DNA from: Gemmatimonadales bacterium
Lineage (GTDB): Bacteria > Gemmatimonadota > Gemmatimonadetes > Gemmatimonadales > GWC2-71-9
Direction of reading: 5' to 3'
Assembly (NCBI GenBank): GCA_965248285.1
Contig: CBDFJJ010000005.1
Coordinates: 121,447 to 185,446, forward strand
Length of the DNA: 64,000 nt
Translations under genes and position numbers: made by a program
Shown here: positions 45,571-55,025 of the stretch, one piece after another
Layout of the letters: every line of letters starts with the position of its first letter
Numbering within the stretch: the first letter of the stretch is position 1
The notes under the pieces: generated by a model
Seen by the model: only the letters and a program-made list of their open reading frames with translations
Told to the model about the DNA's origin: nothing
Databases searched by the model: none

Positions 45571-45939
45571 TTGAAGGGGGGCAAGGTGGAAGGATATCGC
45601 AGAGCAGCAAACGGGAAGCGGTTGTTCACGGCTGAATTCAAGCGTGCCCAGGTTGGTCGTGTGCTTCGGGGAGAGAAAACGATCGCCGAGTTGAGTCGCG
45701 AGTTGGAGGTCTCGCCGTCGTTGGTTCGGCGGTGGAAGCATTTGAGCGAGAAGGGGGGAGATGCGGCGGTCTCGGCCAACGGCGAGGTGGTGCCGGCGTA
45801 CCGGTTAAAGGAAGCGGAGCAGCGGATCAAGGAATTGGAGCGCGCCCTGGGTCGCAAGACTATGGAGAACGAGATTCTCCGAGCTGCTCAGGACGAGATA
45901 AAAAAAAGACCGAGTTACTACGGCGTGTCCAAGCCGTGA
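45571..45939 (+). CDS. IS3-family transposase OrfA
   Basis: KRLFTAEFKRAQVGRVLRGEKTIAELSRELEVSPSLVRRWK HTH, then a leucine-zipper region. The start may be GTG 45586. Confidence 0.8.
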   Translation: MKGGKVEGYRRAANGKRLFTAEFKRAQVGRVLRGEKTIAELSRELEVSPSLVRRWKHLSEKGGDAAVSANGEVVPAYRLKEAEQRIKELERALGRKTMENEILRAAQDEIKKRPSYYGVSKP

Positions 45940-46775
45940 GCGATCATCCGGTGGCGGTGATGTGTCGAGTGCTGGGGATTAGCCGGAGCACGGCGTATCG
46001 GCGTCAGGCCGTCAGAGGACCGCGGTACCGGCGAGCGGACGACGAATTGGTATTAGGACAGATCCGGGTGGTACTGCGATCCCGAGCGACGTATGGCCAT
46101 CGTCGGGTCACGGCGCGGGTGAATCGGTGTTTCGGGACGCGATACAATCGCAAGCGCATCCGGCGGGTGATGCAGATACATGGGCTGTGCCTTCCTGTAG
46201 TGGATCGTCGGCGCGGTCGGGCGCACCGGGGTCGGATCATTCGCGATCGGGTCAACGAGCGATGGTGTAGTGACGCCTTGGTCATTGGATGCTGGAACGC
46301 CGAGGTCGTGCATGTGGCATTTGCGCTCGACTGCCACGATCGAGAGGTCGTGGCGCATGTCGCTGCGGCCCGGCCTTTGGTGGCGGAGGATATCCAGGAG
46401 TTGATGCGCCGCTCAGTGCGCCACCGGTTTGGCCCTGATCGTCCGTCTGAGGCCATTCAGTGGCTGAGTGATAATGGCAGTATCTATACGGCGTTGAGTA
46501 CCGAGTAGGAAGCGGAGCGGCTCCATCTCGAGCCGATTACGACACCGGCCTACAGCCCGCAATCGAACGGAATGAGTGAAGCGTTTGTCAATACGCTGAA
46601 GCGGGACTACGTGGACGGAGCGGATTGCTCAAGTGCCGAGACGGTCCTACGGCAAGTGTCGGGATGGATCGATGATTACAACGAACATGCGCCACACTCA
46701 GGGCTCGGGCAGCGATCGCCAAGACAGTATCGGCGGGAACAAACACCGAAAGAGGCACAGATTCCAAATCAATAG
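45900..46775 (+). pseudogene. IS3-family transposase OrfB with in-frame TAG at 46506-46508
   Basis: The -1 frame continues from the A8 run. rve motifs WCSDALV... and ...LSDNGSIYTALSTE, then a stop, then EAERLHLEPITTPAYSPQSNGMSEAFVNTLKRDY in the same frame. Confidence 0.8.
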
Positions 46776-46983
46776 TGTGTCATGAATTGGGGGACAGAGC
46801 AAGCCTTCCGTAGGGCGTTGATGATCTGTCCTGTTGAAAAATTCTTCCGCGCTGCCATCGTGATCTCCTCCTGTCTCGACCCGACCAGATTCTAACACTG
46901 GACTCGGTCTCGTTTCAGGGGGCTAGATCAAGTGCGAGGACGAGAAAAGAGGTTCGCATTAGCAGCCTCCCGGTCTTAGATGA

Positions 46984-47011
46984 GGGGTGGGGTGGGAGTC
47001 GCCCCCACCCC
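46984..47011 (-). terminator. GC-rich hairpin downstream of a small minus-strand ORF
   Basis: ggggtgggg (46984-46992) pairs with ccccacccc (47003-47011) across a 10-nt loop, 11 nt after the TAA at 47022-47024. No clear U-tract. Confidence 0.3.
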
Positions 47012-47021
47012 ACATCCACAC

Positions 47022-47330
47022 TTATTCGCAAATAAAGGGGCACCCCGGATCTTCCGTGACCGAGACCGTCATTTGATCTTCGTCATTCTCCGCGCCACGT
47101 ATGGAGACTTCCGGATTGCCGGCATCGCCCAGAACCACCGTCCCCGACGAGCCTCGTCCATACGCGCTCGCGTCGAACTAAGGACTCCCGATGATTGACC
47201 ACGGTTCCGCACCACCGATGGAACCGATTGTCCCCGATTTGACAAACCGTAACGTCGTAGTTTCCTCAACGTCCCAATCATGCAAATCGTACTGCATGAT
47301 CTGCGGCTCGAATCCGGAGCCCGAAGGCAT
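47022..47330 (-). pseudogene. small hypothetical gene with in-frame TAG (47178-47180)
   Basis: Own translation: MPSGSGFEPQIMQYDLHDWDVEETTTLRFVKSGTIGSIGGAEPWSIIGSP, stop, then FDASAYGRGSSGTVVLGDAGNPEVSIRGAENDEDQMTVSVTEDPGCPFICE. Both halves look protein-like and share one frame. Confidence 0.3.
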
Positions 47331-47517
47331 GAAGGTCGGAAATTCCGTGACAACCTTGGTTTCGGCAACTACGCCTCACACAAACGCAAGCATCGATGCG
47401 GCGCACAGAGAATGGATCGAAATCAAGTCCTCCGAGAGATCAAAGACCGATACCCGTCGAGATGCGGCCATTATTCCGCATGAACTTTCGGCGGCTGGTG
47501 GTATCATTGAGTCGCGG

Positions 47518-48744
47518 TCATCTACTGATCTTCCATAGGACAGGTATCCCACTGCTGCCGACGATCTCCATCCGCACGTTCAATGCTCGTGCCTCGCTTC
47601 TTCGTGACATAGCACTCGTGCCGAGGTCGTGCATGGCCCCGTCCATCCACAAGAACGCATGTTCATCACCAGACTCAGTCTCGCTTGATCCGATTACGTA
47701 CCCTTCGTTATTAATCGCTACAGCATTGCTCGAGTTTCCGCCCAACGTGCCCAAGTCAACTATCTCGCCATCCGACCAGAGAACCGCATGATACGCACCC
47801 GACTCCGTGGTGCTTACCCCGACGGCCTGACCTCTTTCGTTTACATCCAACGCCATACTGAAGCTTCCACCCAGCGTCTGCAAGTCCGTCAGGACTCCGG
47901 CACTCCACAAAAAGGCGTGGCAATCGTGAAGGTCAGGGGCGTCGAAACAGTGTCCATTAGCAGTGACAGTACTGCCGCCCACCACTTGCCTCCGATCATT
48001 CAGTGCCCTGGCCAAACTTTCTCCTCCACCGAATGCTCCGAGATCCTGAATCGTATCTTGTGACCAAATGAAGGCCCGGTGCCGACCATCGGTGGTGGTG
48101 CTTACGCCGACTATCTGGCCTGTCTCGTTGATCGCTAGAGCGCTACCCATGTCCCCACCGAGGGTTCCGAGGGTGCGGCCAGAACCATCTTCCCAGACGA
48201 ACGCACGCTGATGTCCAGCGCTAGTAACGAACGAACCGATGACCTGCCCCCGATTGTTGATGCCTCGGGCATGGCTCGAAACTCCACCAAAGGTTCCGAG
48301 GTCAAAGACACGCTTGGGAGACCAGAGAACAGCATGGTCCTCGCCAGATTTAACTTTGCTAAACCCGACGATATCACCGTGGTCGTTCATGGCGAACGCC
48401 GTACTAACCCTCCCGCCAAGCTCGCCTAGGTCTGTCATCAGTCCACGGCTCCAACGGAAAGCATGTGTCTCGCCAAGATCTGTGCTGCCCTGTCCGGCTA
48501 CGTCCCCGCTATCGTTGATGGCAAATGCCTCCCCAGCTGGCAATCCCAGCGTTCCCAATTCAACCAATTCTACTTTAGGGCTTTGGGAGATCGGCTGCGT
48601 TGCATCCCAACATGAAGCGGTCGAGGCAGCACTCGCGGAAACTAAATACCACGTCCAACTACGCACAGTCGAACGCCAATACGGCTTTGTCACAGCGTTG
48701 CGACGTCCACCAAAGTCGACATGCTCGCTACCATTCCGTGGCAC
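47518..48744 (-). CDS. HAF-family extracellular repeat protein
   Basis: About nine tandem ~43-aa repeats of the form G.AxAINdxGqVvG.s....g..HAFlW..G.m.DLGtLGG. Confidence 0.8.
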   Translation of the reverse strand: MPRNGSEHVDFGGRRNAVTKPYWRSTVRSWTWYLVSASAASTASCWDATQPISQSPKVELVELGTLGLPAGEAFAINDSGDVAGQGSTDLGETHAFRWSRGLMTDLGELGGRVSTAFAMNDHGDIVGFSKVKSGEDHAVLWSPKRVFDLGTFGGVSSHARGINNRGQVIGSFVTSAGHQRAFVWEDGSGRTLGTLGGDMGSALAINETGQIVGVSTTTDGRHRAFIWSQDTIQDLGAFGGGESLARALNDRRQVVGGSTVTANGHCFDAPDLHDCHAFLWSAGVLTDLQTLGGSFSMALDVNERGQAVGVSTTESGAYHAVLWSDGEIVDLGTLGGNSSNAVAINNEGYVIGSSETESGDEHAFLWMDGAMHDLGTSAMSRRSEARALNVRMEIVGSSGIPVLWKISR

Positions 48745-49456
48745 GTGTGACCCCTACGAAGAATATATTCGCGTCGAGTCCCGGATTATGCTCCACGGTT
48801 CCAGCATTTGACAAGTGATGCACCTTGTATCCGCCAAGGATGGCCCAGCGCCCGTCCAGGGTCAGCTCGACGTCGATGAAGATCTCTCCCGTGATGTTGA
48901 ATTTTCGGGTGTTGCGAAAGGGGACAGCTTGATCGAATGTCAAGAACCCCACGGAAAACCCCGTGCCTACCCTGAATCTGTCTGTTTGCCAGGGATGAAA
49001 GCGCAACCCAATGGGCGAGACACCGAACCCATACGCCCGTAGAGTGTCGCCGTGTCCCACCGTGAAGCCGGATCCGCCTGGTATGCTTTGAATGTCAGCA
49101 TCGAGATTATTTGTAACCAAGGCCACAGGAATCAGATCGATGGTGTATGCTAGGGCAACTCGCCGGGTGTGGACCAAAGTACGTCTGAACGTGAAAGCAA
49201 GTAACAGCATCTTTCGTCCGCTTACCAGTCCCACAGGTCCCCTGGAGCTTAGTGACAACCCGCTCCACACGCCAATCGACATTCGCGACCATGGCACCGC
49301 TGCGGCCGGTTCCGCAATGGTGTCGGCGACAAGTCTCCGTTCAGTATGTTGTCCACTAGTGCTCCCCGGCAGCGCACTCGAAAGCACAAAGGCACCGGCC
49401 AAAGGTCCCACTGGCCAGCGGTTTACAATCTTTAGGAGACATTGTAATTTCCGCAT
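48728..49456 (-). CDS. acyloxyacyl hydrolase / lipid A deacylase (PagL-like) outer-membrane protein
   Basis: Signal peptide, beta-barrel-like sequence and a C-terminal HHLSNAGTVEHNPGLD motif typical of the PagL-like family. Confidence 0.6.
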   Translation of the reverse strand: MRKLQCLLKIVNRWPVGPLAGAFVLSSALPGSTSGQHTERRLVADTIAEPAAAVPWSRMSIGVWSGLSLSSRGPVGLVSGRKMLLLAFTFRRTLVHTRRVALAYTIDLIPVALVTNNLDADIQSIPGGSGFTVGHGDTLRAYGFGVSPIGLRFHPWQTDRFRVGTGFSVGFLTFDQAVPFRNTRKFNITGEIFIDVELTLDGRWAILGGYKVHHLSNAGTVEHNPGLDANIFFVGVTRATEW

Positions 49457-49603
49457 TCGAGAAATTTTCGTGACCTCCCTGGTAGGATAATAGTTGAGAT
49501 CCCCGCAAGCCGCAGGCTGCGGGGATCCCTAACACCGGGCATTTACATCGGATCACCCGATCCACCTGCCCTTCAATTGTGGTCACGTCACCTTTCTGTC
49601 TTT

Positions 49604-50365
49604 TCAACAAAATAGCGGACAGGGCAAGACGTCGACGGAATGCGATTTCGTCTTCCAATCACCTTCTGCATCGGTAACGGTGACCTCGTACCAATATAGA
49701 CCTTCGCCCCCCACCCAGTTGGTGATCGAACTCCCAGTCCCCGCAATCGGCGACCCGTTTCGCTTCCATGAGTAGGTCAGCGGCGACTGATATTGTGACA
49801 CACTCGTGTTAATGGTGACGTACCCGTACGGATAAACGAACGTCGGGCCCGACATCGACACGTTCGGCGGATGTTCGTATTGCATGTCCATGTGAGCTTT
49901 CAGTAGACCTGCGCTCACGGTTTCCGATTCTATGAGGAGCGTATCAGCGCCTGTCATGGCCTCTGCACTACCCGCGGGATACGAACGCCCCGGCTGGTTT
50001 GAAGCGGTATCAGGGTGAAAGTCCTGTACCCAGATATTCTCAATCAACGAAGCGACGGTGTTCCCTTCTTGGTTCTTCACGAAGTTCCTCGTAACTTTTA
50101 TGCTGGTGGCAGGAAGGAACTGGGAGACCGACCCTTTGAGTTGGAGCGAGTACGTCCTGTTCTGCCCGTGGCTCGTCAGCTGCTGTGGGCAGACTGGAAG
50201 ATTTACCACGGTCATGATATTGGCACCCCAATTGTGGTCGTCCACAGCCTTGCATGGTTTGGGGTTATCGTCACCACCAGGACCGGGCCCGAATATACAT
50301 CCTGCCAGGAACATGCTGGCACCGAGTAAGCACGACGCCGTCATTATCTTTCGTTCGTGGTTCAT
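49604..50365 (-). CDS. lipoprotein with C-terminal Ig-like domain
   Basis: Start moved to ATG 50365, preceded by GGGGAGGTAAAA. Lipobox MFLAGC. C-terminal YSWKRNGSPIAGTGSSI...YEVTVTD resembles Ig-like repeats. Confidence 0.65.
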   Translation of the reverse strand: MNHERKIMTASCLLGASMFLAGCIFGPGPGGDDNPKPCKAVDDHNWGANIMTVVNLPVCPQQLTSHGQNRTYSLQLKGSVSQFLPATSIKVTRNFVKNQEGNTVASLIENIWVQDFHPDTASNQPGRSYPAGSAEAMTGADTLLIESETVSAGLLKAHMDMQYEHPPNVSMSGPTFVYPYGYVTINTSVSQYQSPLTYSWKRNGSPIAGTGSSITNWVGGEGLYWYEVTVTDAEGDWKTKSHSVDVLPCPLFC

Positions 50366-50366
50366 T

Positions 50367-50918
50367 TTACCTCCCCTTTCCCGCAAGTGGAATCTCTTCC
50401 ACAGGTGTAATGTGTTCAAGCTCCAGCGCGCTACCCTGACGAACGAGTGCGTGGGATTGTCCGTAAAGCAGCTGGCGCGGGATTGGAGCATCGGAGGCAA
50501 TGTTTCTTACATAATCAAAGGTAATCTGCTGACGTCCATTGACTGCTGCGACGCCGACGTATGGTTTTCTCGGGCGCGCTAGCCCGTTGTAGGAACCGCC
50601 AACGTAGACGACTTCAACAGCATCGATCCTGCCAAGCTCGACGCGTCGCACCTGCGCAGGCGTCTCAAGTTCCAAACGCCACGCCGTCCTCAGCACTCCA
50701 CCGTGTCCGATGCGGAGCTCTGGCAGCTTGCTGATGCGAGCCCGTGTTATTCCTGCCGCGACGTGAACAGCGTCCTCGGGGGGAACGATGATGTTCTCAA
50801 GGCGACCAGCGGGAATTCCGTATGCAAGGGCTACATCCGGCGGCTGCCCAACACCTCTCGCGGCACCGAGGTGTTGTATGACCCCGACCATCTGACGCAG
50901 TGTCCGCTGTGCGGTCAC
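50367..50918 (-). CDS. hypothetical protein
   Basis: 183-aa ORF ending 1 nt before the lipoprotein ATG (operon). No motif recognised. Confidence 0.45.
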   Translation of the reverse strand: MTAQRTLRQMVGVIQHLGAARGVGQPPDVALAYGIPAGRLENIIVPPEDAVHVAAGITRARISKLPELRIGHGGVLRTAWRLELETPAQVRRVELGRIDAVEVVYVGGSYNGLARPRKPYVGVAAVNGRQQITFDYVRNIASDAPIPRQLLYGQSHALVRQGSALELEHITPVEEIPLAGKGR

Positions 50919-51219
50919 GAACGGGAGCCGGCCGCGTGATCGCCCAGCCTGATCTCTTCACGCTCTTGGCGCGGACCACGGACCCCGAGACCGCAAAGGT
51001 GGCCCGGCGGGCTGTACGAGCTGCGGCCGGAAGGCCGGCCGCGGCGCTGACACGCACCGGTTGGTGGTTACGACGACGTGCCGGAAGCACTCAAGGACGA
51101 CGAGGATGACGGACTCCCATGGTAAAACGGGGGGCGCGGTTGGTCAAGGAGGCCACGAACAAACGACTGGCTCCATTGAACGCGAGAGGCCGCGTCCCCC
51201 ACATAAGGAGAAATAAAAG

Positions 51220-51939
51220 ATGACCCTACACTTAAAAAGTGGGGCACACGACCACCGCGACGAAGGTATGTGTGCGATGGAGGCGGCGGCGTTTCTTGCA
51301 GGGGAACCCCACAGCGACCACCCAGAATGTGTCTCGCCCGTTATCGGTGCATTTGTACGTCAATGGAATGATTGTCTGAACTCCCAGGACCGCAATCGGT
51401 TGTTGCGACCCGTGTTGTATAGGGTGCTGCACACGCGAACAAACGCGGCCGACGAAGAAACGAGGGCATGGTTGGCCACTGACTGGCTTGTCCGCGTACA
51501 AGCGCCCGCATGGCTAGAACTCGCCGGGCTGACCAAACAGGCACGGCGGCTACGTTCCCTCCCGGCGTTAACCTCAAGTGAAATAGCGGTTGCGGTACAG
51601 TCAGTCTTAGATGGTTGCCGCCGTGACGCGGCTGCGGCGAGGGCTGCGGCGAGGGCTGCGGCGTGGGATGCGGCGTGGGATGCGGCGTGGGGTGCGGCGA
51701 GGGCTGCGGCGTGGGGTGCGGCGAGGGCGGCGGCGAGGGCGGCGGCGAGGGCGGCGGTGAGGGATGCGGCGAGGGGTGCGGCGGGGGATGCGGCGTGGGC
51801 TGCGCTACACCCAACGGTCTCCCACCTACAACACAGCGCGTTGTGCTTGCTTGACCGAATGATAGACGTGGGCACAGTGCGCGGCGTCTCGGCGGAGGAA
51901 GCCCAACGCGGCGAACTGGTTGGCGTGCAACACAAGTGA
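51220..51939 (+). CDS. hypothetical protein with Cys/His-containing N-domain and AA[RW]x tetrapeptide repeat region
   Basis: Good RBS (AAGGAGAAATAAAAG ATG). N-domain GMCAMEAAAFLAGEPHSDHPECVSPV, followed by 14 tetrapeptide repeats. Confidence 0.65.
   Translation: MTLHLKSGAHDHRDEGMCAMEAAAFLAGEPHSDHPECVSPVIGAFVRQWNDCLNSQDRNRLLRPVLYRVLHTRTNAADEETRAWLATDWLVRVQAPAWLELAGLTKQARRLRSLPALTSSEIAVAVQSVLDGCRRDAAAARAAARAAAWDAAWDAAWGAARAAAWGAARAAARAAARAAVRDAARGAAGDAAWAALHPTVSHLQHSALCLLDRMIDVGTVRGVSAEEAQRGELVGVQHK
51634..51801 (+). repeat. 12-nt tandem repeat x14 (gcggcgNgggNN), in frame
   Basis: Units read directly from 51634. They encode AARA AARA AAWD AAWD AAWG AARA AAWG AARA AARA AARA AVRD AARG AAGD AAWA. 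Confidence 0.95.
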
Positions 51940-52017
51940 CGGGAGGCGGTGGTAAGCGGGGTATGACTCCAGTGACGAAACACGGTCACCTCTCTGCGAG
52001 GACGTGAGGTTTGTCAC

Positions 52018-53416
52018 GGTCAAGTCCCGAGTTGTGTGTAAAAGTATTTGAGCAAGCTCCTCGGCACGTTCATCACGCTGCTTGATGCACCTCCTGGTTC
52101 TCGAGTAACGACACGTCGACATACCGCCGCTCACCCCAGATTGTAGTCACCTTCAACGCCACCGCAGTGATCAATCGCAATGCGCTCGCCCGATCGGGAA
52201 ACGCACCGACCGCCTTGGTGCGCCGTTTGATTTCGCCGTGCAACCGCTCGAGCCCGTTCGTCGTGCGAAGCTTCTTCCAGTGCGACGGCGGAAACGCATA
52301 GAACGTGGTCGCCCCCGCAAACCCGCTCGTCAGACAGGCCATGGCTTCGGGGAGTTGCTTGCTCCACCGGGTCTGCAGCCGAGCTAGCTGCTTCCGCGCA
52401 TCGCCCAGACTCGAAGCCCGAAACACGCTGGCCACCTCGCGGGCGAGGCGTTTCCGCAGCCGCTGCGGGGCTTTCGTCAACACGTTCCGTTGCAGGTGCA
52501 CCGTACAGCGTTGCCGCTTGGCCTCCGGAAGCCACCGTCGCACGGCGGCCGCCAGGCCCGCGTGCTGATCCGCAATCACTAACTGCACCCCCGTGAGGCC
52601 GCGGTCGGTCAGCTGCTGCAACAACTCGGACCAACTCGCCTCCGACTCCTCTGCCGCCACCGACACGCCGAGCAGCTGCCGGTGACCATCCGGTCCCACG
52701 GCATACGCCACCAGCGCCGAGACGTTTTCGACCTTTCGCGCCCACCGCGCGTCCACAAACGTGGCGTCCAGGTACAGATAGGGATGCTCGCCATCGATCG
52801 GTGCCCGCTGCAGCGCCTCCACCTCGGCATCCAGCCGCTTGGCCACCCGGCTGACGGTCGAGCGCGACACCCGCTCTCCGAGCAACGCCTCCGTGAGCTC
52901 GCCCGCCTTTCGGTGCGACACACCGTTCACGTACGCACTGGCCAAGAGGTCGTCGATCTCCGCCGTCCGACGCTGGTAGCGGCCCAGCACCTCGCCCGTG
53001 GATCCACTCTCCCGTGAGCGCGGCACCGTCACGTCGATCTGGCCGAGGCTCGTCAACAAGCGGCGGGTGTACGCGCCATTGCGGCGATCGCGACGGCCCG
53101 CGACGCGCGCGTACCACTCCGCTCCCACCAACGCTTCCAACTCCGCTTCCAAGAACAGCTCCAGACTCGCCCGGATCGCACCGCGGAACATCGCTCGCAA
53201 ATCCTGACGCACGGCCTCTTGCGCCACCGGTACCATTTCGCCAACGTCCTGCATAGAGGAAGCTCCTTTTCTTGATCACTGCGTTCACAGCGATCGGATT
53301 CTCGGGTTGTTACTTCTCCCGAGGAGCTTCCTCTTTTTCTTCCACCCCGTCCAGAGGTCCGTGTCTCTCACCTCTGAATCAGACTTCAGCTTCTACACAA
53401 ATTTAGGGACACTACC
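52018..53416 (-). mobile_element. IS256-family insertion sequence (type B)
   Basis: Inverted repeats: ggtcaagtcccgagttgtgtgtaaaag versus the reverse complement of cttctacacaaatttagggacactacc. 8-bp direct repeat TTTGTCAC at 52010-52017 and 53417-53424. Confidence 0.85.
52073..53254 (-). CDS. IS256-family transposase (distinct from 6756-8015)
   Basis: 393 aa. ...YLYLDATFVDAR...LVIADQHAGL...FYAFPPSHWKKLRTTNGLERLHGEIKRRT. Confidence 0.9.
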   Translation of the reverse strand: MQDVGEMVPVAQEAVRQDLRAMFRGAIRASLELFLEAELEALVGAEWYARVAGRRDRRNGAYTRRLLTSLGQIDVTVPRSRESGSTGEVLGRYQRRTAEIDDLLASAYVNGVSHRKAGELTEALLGERVSRSTVSRVAKRLDAEVEALQRAPIDGEHPYLYLDATFVDARWARKVENVSALVAYAVGPDGHRQLLGVSVAAEESEASWSELLQQLTDRGLTGVQLVIADQHAGLAAAVRRWLPEAKRQRCTVHLQRNVLTKAPQRLRKRLAREVASVFRASSLGDARKQLARLQTRWSKQLPEAMACLTSGFAGATTFYAFPPSHWKKLRTTNGLERLHGEIKRRTKAVGAFPDRASALRLITAVALKVTTIWGERRYVDVSLLENQEVHQAA

Positions 53417-53456
53417 TTTGTCACCGCCCCCGTCATTCCCTTCTACGGAGAGAGAC

Positions 53457-53570
53457 ATGGACTTGAATGCAATTCAACAACTAGTTGACCAACGGGTAGA
53501 AGAAACGGTATCCGGCAACATGAGGCTGGGGCGCACATCGTCACCGCGCTTCGCGCGCACGGACCAATGA
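53457..53570 (+). CDS. small hypothetical protein (37 aa)
   Basis: ATG preceded by ACGGAGAGAGAC. Its stop overlaps the next ATG (ATGA). First gene of the coupled operon. Confidence 0.35.
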   Translation: MDLNAIQQLVDQRVEETVSGNMRLGRTSSPRFARTDQ

Positions 53571-53722
53571 ACTACTGGCAGATCGACTACGTCTTGGGCT
53601 GGGATCACCCCACCTCTGCGCGTCGGCTCTCGAAAATGCTCGATCGGGGCACGGTGCGCCTGACTGGCGATACATACCGAACAGGCAAAGGCTATCAAGC
53701 AGCGGTCTATGAGGCGACGTGA
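53567..53722 (+). CDS. small wHTH-like protein (51 aa)
   Basis: Own translation: MNYWQIDYVLGWDHPTSARRLSKMLDRGTVRLTGDTYRTGKGYQAAVYEAT. Coupled on both sides (ATGA, GTGA). Below the ORF-track size cut-off. Confidence 0.45.
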   Translation: MNYWQIDYVLGWDHPTSARRLSKMLDRGTVRLTGDTYRTGKGYQAAVYEAT

Positions 53723-54531
53723 CTTGGATACGAGTAGATGACGACGTGATCGACCACCCCAAAACCTATCGCCTGGCGCGCCTCCTCGGCGCCGATCGGA
53801 CGACCGCCTTCGGCCTTCTGGTGGCCGTGTGGGGGTATGCCGCGCGGCATCATGTGGACGGCGACCTCACCGAAATAGAGCTCGCCGCGCTCCATCGACG
53901 GATCGATTGGTTACCCGAAGTGTCCGCAGGACGTCCGCAGGACGTCCGATATGACATTCGGACAGTACTTGTGGACGCGGGTTGGGCCGATAAAGACCTA
54001 CAAAGTGGTCAAAATGTACGGATCGTCCTCCATGATTGGGATGAACATCAAGGAAAGCTTGCAGACAGGCGGGCTAAAGACCGTGAACGCAAACGGTTAG
54101 ACCGGGAGCGTGAAAAGAAAACCGTCCGCAGGACGTCCGCACCTACGGTACGTAACGGAACGTTACGTACTACTACCACCACCGCGCGCGAGGATCTCGT
54201 TTCACAATTAACCCCCGAAGGTCGCGAGGTGTTCGCCAGCATCCTTCGAGCCAATCAATCCCCGGAAGCGGTTGTCGGTGAATGCCGGATGATCCTCGCC
54301 GGCGAGCGCAACATTAAACCGCACCCCACACCGGCGGGGTTGAGCCTCGCCCTCACGGACCTCCGCACCAACGGCGTGCGACCGACGGCGCGTTCCCTCC
54401 GGACCTACACGGCCGACGCGATGCGCCAACTCACCGACGGGATCAGCACCCAACGCGGTGGCGGGGAGAGCACCCTCGAAGCGTTTGACAAAGCGATCGC
54501 GGACGCCAAAGAACGGGAAGCTGCCAGATGA
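53719..54531 (+). CDS. phage replication-organizer-like protein
   Basis: N-terminus WIRVDDDVIDHPKTYRLARLLG...AFGLLVAVWGYAARH resembles the DUF1376/replisome-organizer class. Basic linker. Confidence 0.45.
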   Translation: MTWIRVDDDVIDHPKTYRLARLLGADRTTAFGLLVAVWGYAARHHVDGDLTEIELAALHRRIDWLPEVSAGRPQDVRYDIRTVLVDAGWADKDLQSGQNVRIVLHDWDEHQGKLADRRAKDRERKRLDREREKKTVRRTSAPTVRNGTLRTTTTTAREDLVSQLTPEGREVFASILRANQSPEAVVGECRMILAGERNIKPHPTPAGLSLALTDLRTNGVRPTARSLRTYTADAMRQLTDGISTQRGGGESTLEAFDKAIADAKEREAAR

Positions 54532-55025
54532 TGACCGAGTTTGACGTGTTGAGCGGGCTCCGCGAGCTCGCGATGGTATTCAGGCCGCCGAACGACAAGT
54601 CCGACCTCATGCGGTTGGCGGGGGTGTACCGCAAAGCCCTCGATGATATGGACGAGATCGAGTTCCAGGGCGCGATCGCGGTCTACATCAAGACCGGCCG
54701 CTATTGGCCGCGGCCAACGCAACTGCTTGAGGCGGCGGATCAACACCGCCGCGACAACCCTCGGTCGACCTCGAGTCTCCCATTGCGTGAGCGATATCAA
54801 CGCTGGCAGAGTCGCGGTGATTGGGCGAGCGAACCCTGTCCAGTGTGCAACGCGACCGTTGAGGGCGCGGAGGACATGAATGGCAAGCGGCCCCAAATCT
54901 TTCACGAGCACCAGATCCACTACGATGCCGGCGTCGGGTATGCAGGGCCGCGCACGGGACCCGTCGACAACCGCAAGCAATTGCTCCCGACGGGTTCGGT
55001 GTCCACCACGAAGGCGGTCGCATGA
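54528..55025 (+). CDS. hypothetical phage replication-module protein with C-terminal CxxC
   Basis: 165 aa, coupled to its neighbours. Function not recognisable. Confidence 0.45.
   Translation: MMTEFDVLSGLRELAMVFRPPNDKSDLMRLAGVYRKALDDMDEIEFQGAIAVYIKTGRYWPRPTQLLEAADQHRRDNPRSTSSLPLRERYQRWQSRGDWASEPCPVCNATVEGAEDMNGKRPQIFHEHQIHYDAGVGYAGPRTGPVDNRKQLLPTGSVSTTKAVA

Larger units (their letters stand above)
45535..46796 (+). mobile_element. IS3-family insertion sequence (type B), transposase inactivated
   Basis: Left end is TGTTCCCCAATTCGAGTAGACA. The reverse complement of the right end is TGTCCCCCAATTCATGACACA. orfA/orfB layout with an A8 slippery run at 45900-45907. Confidence 0.8.

Noticed and set aside
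50936-51109. Small plus-strand ORF beginning VIAQPDLFTLLARTTDPETAKVARRA, reminiscent of the N-termini of small phage or plasmid winged-helix proteins
   Set aside because: Only the first ~25 residues look meaningful and the remainder is Arg/Gly-rich. It may be a gene fragment, but the evidence is insufficient for a call.
52131-53288. 385-aa minus-strand ORF overlapping the IS256-like transposase in another frame, and similar alternative-frame ORFs inside the IS5 copies (e.g. 24313-24804, 24545-24886)
   Set aside because: These are out-of-frame shadows of the transposase genes with Arg/Gly/Ala-rich composition. The transposase frames carry the family motifs.
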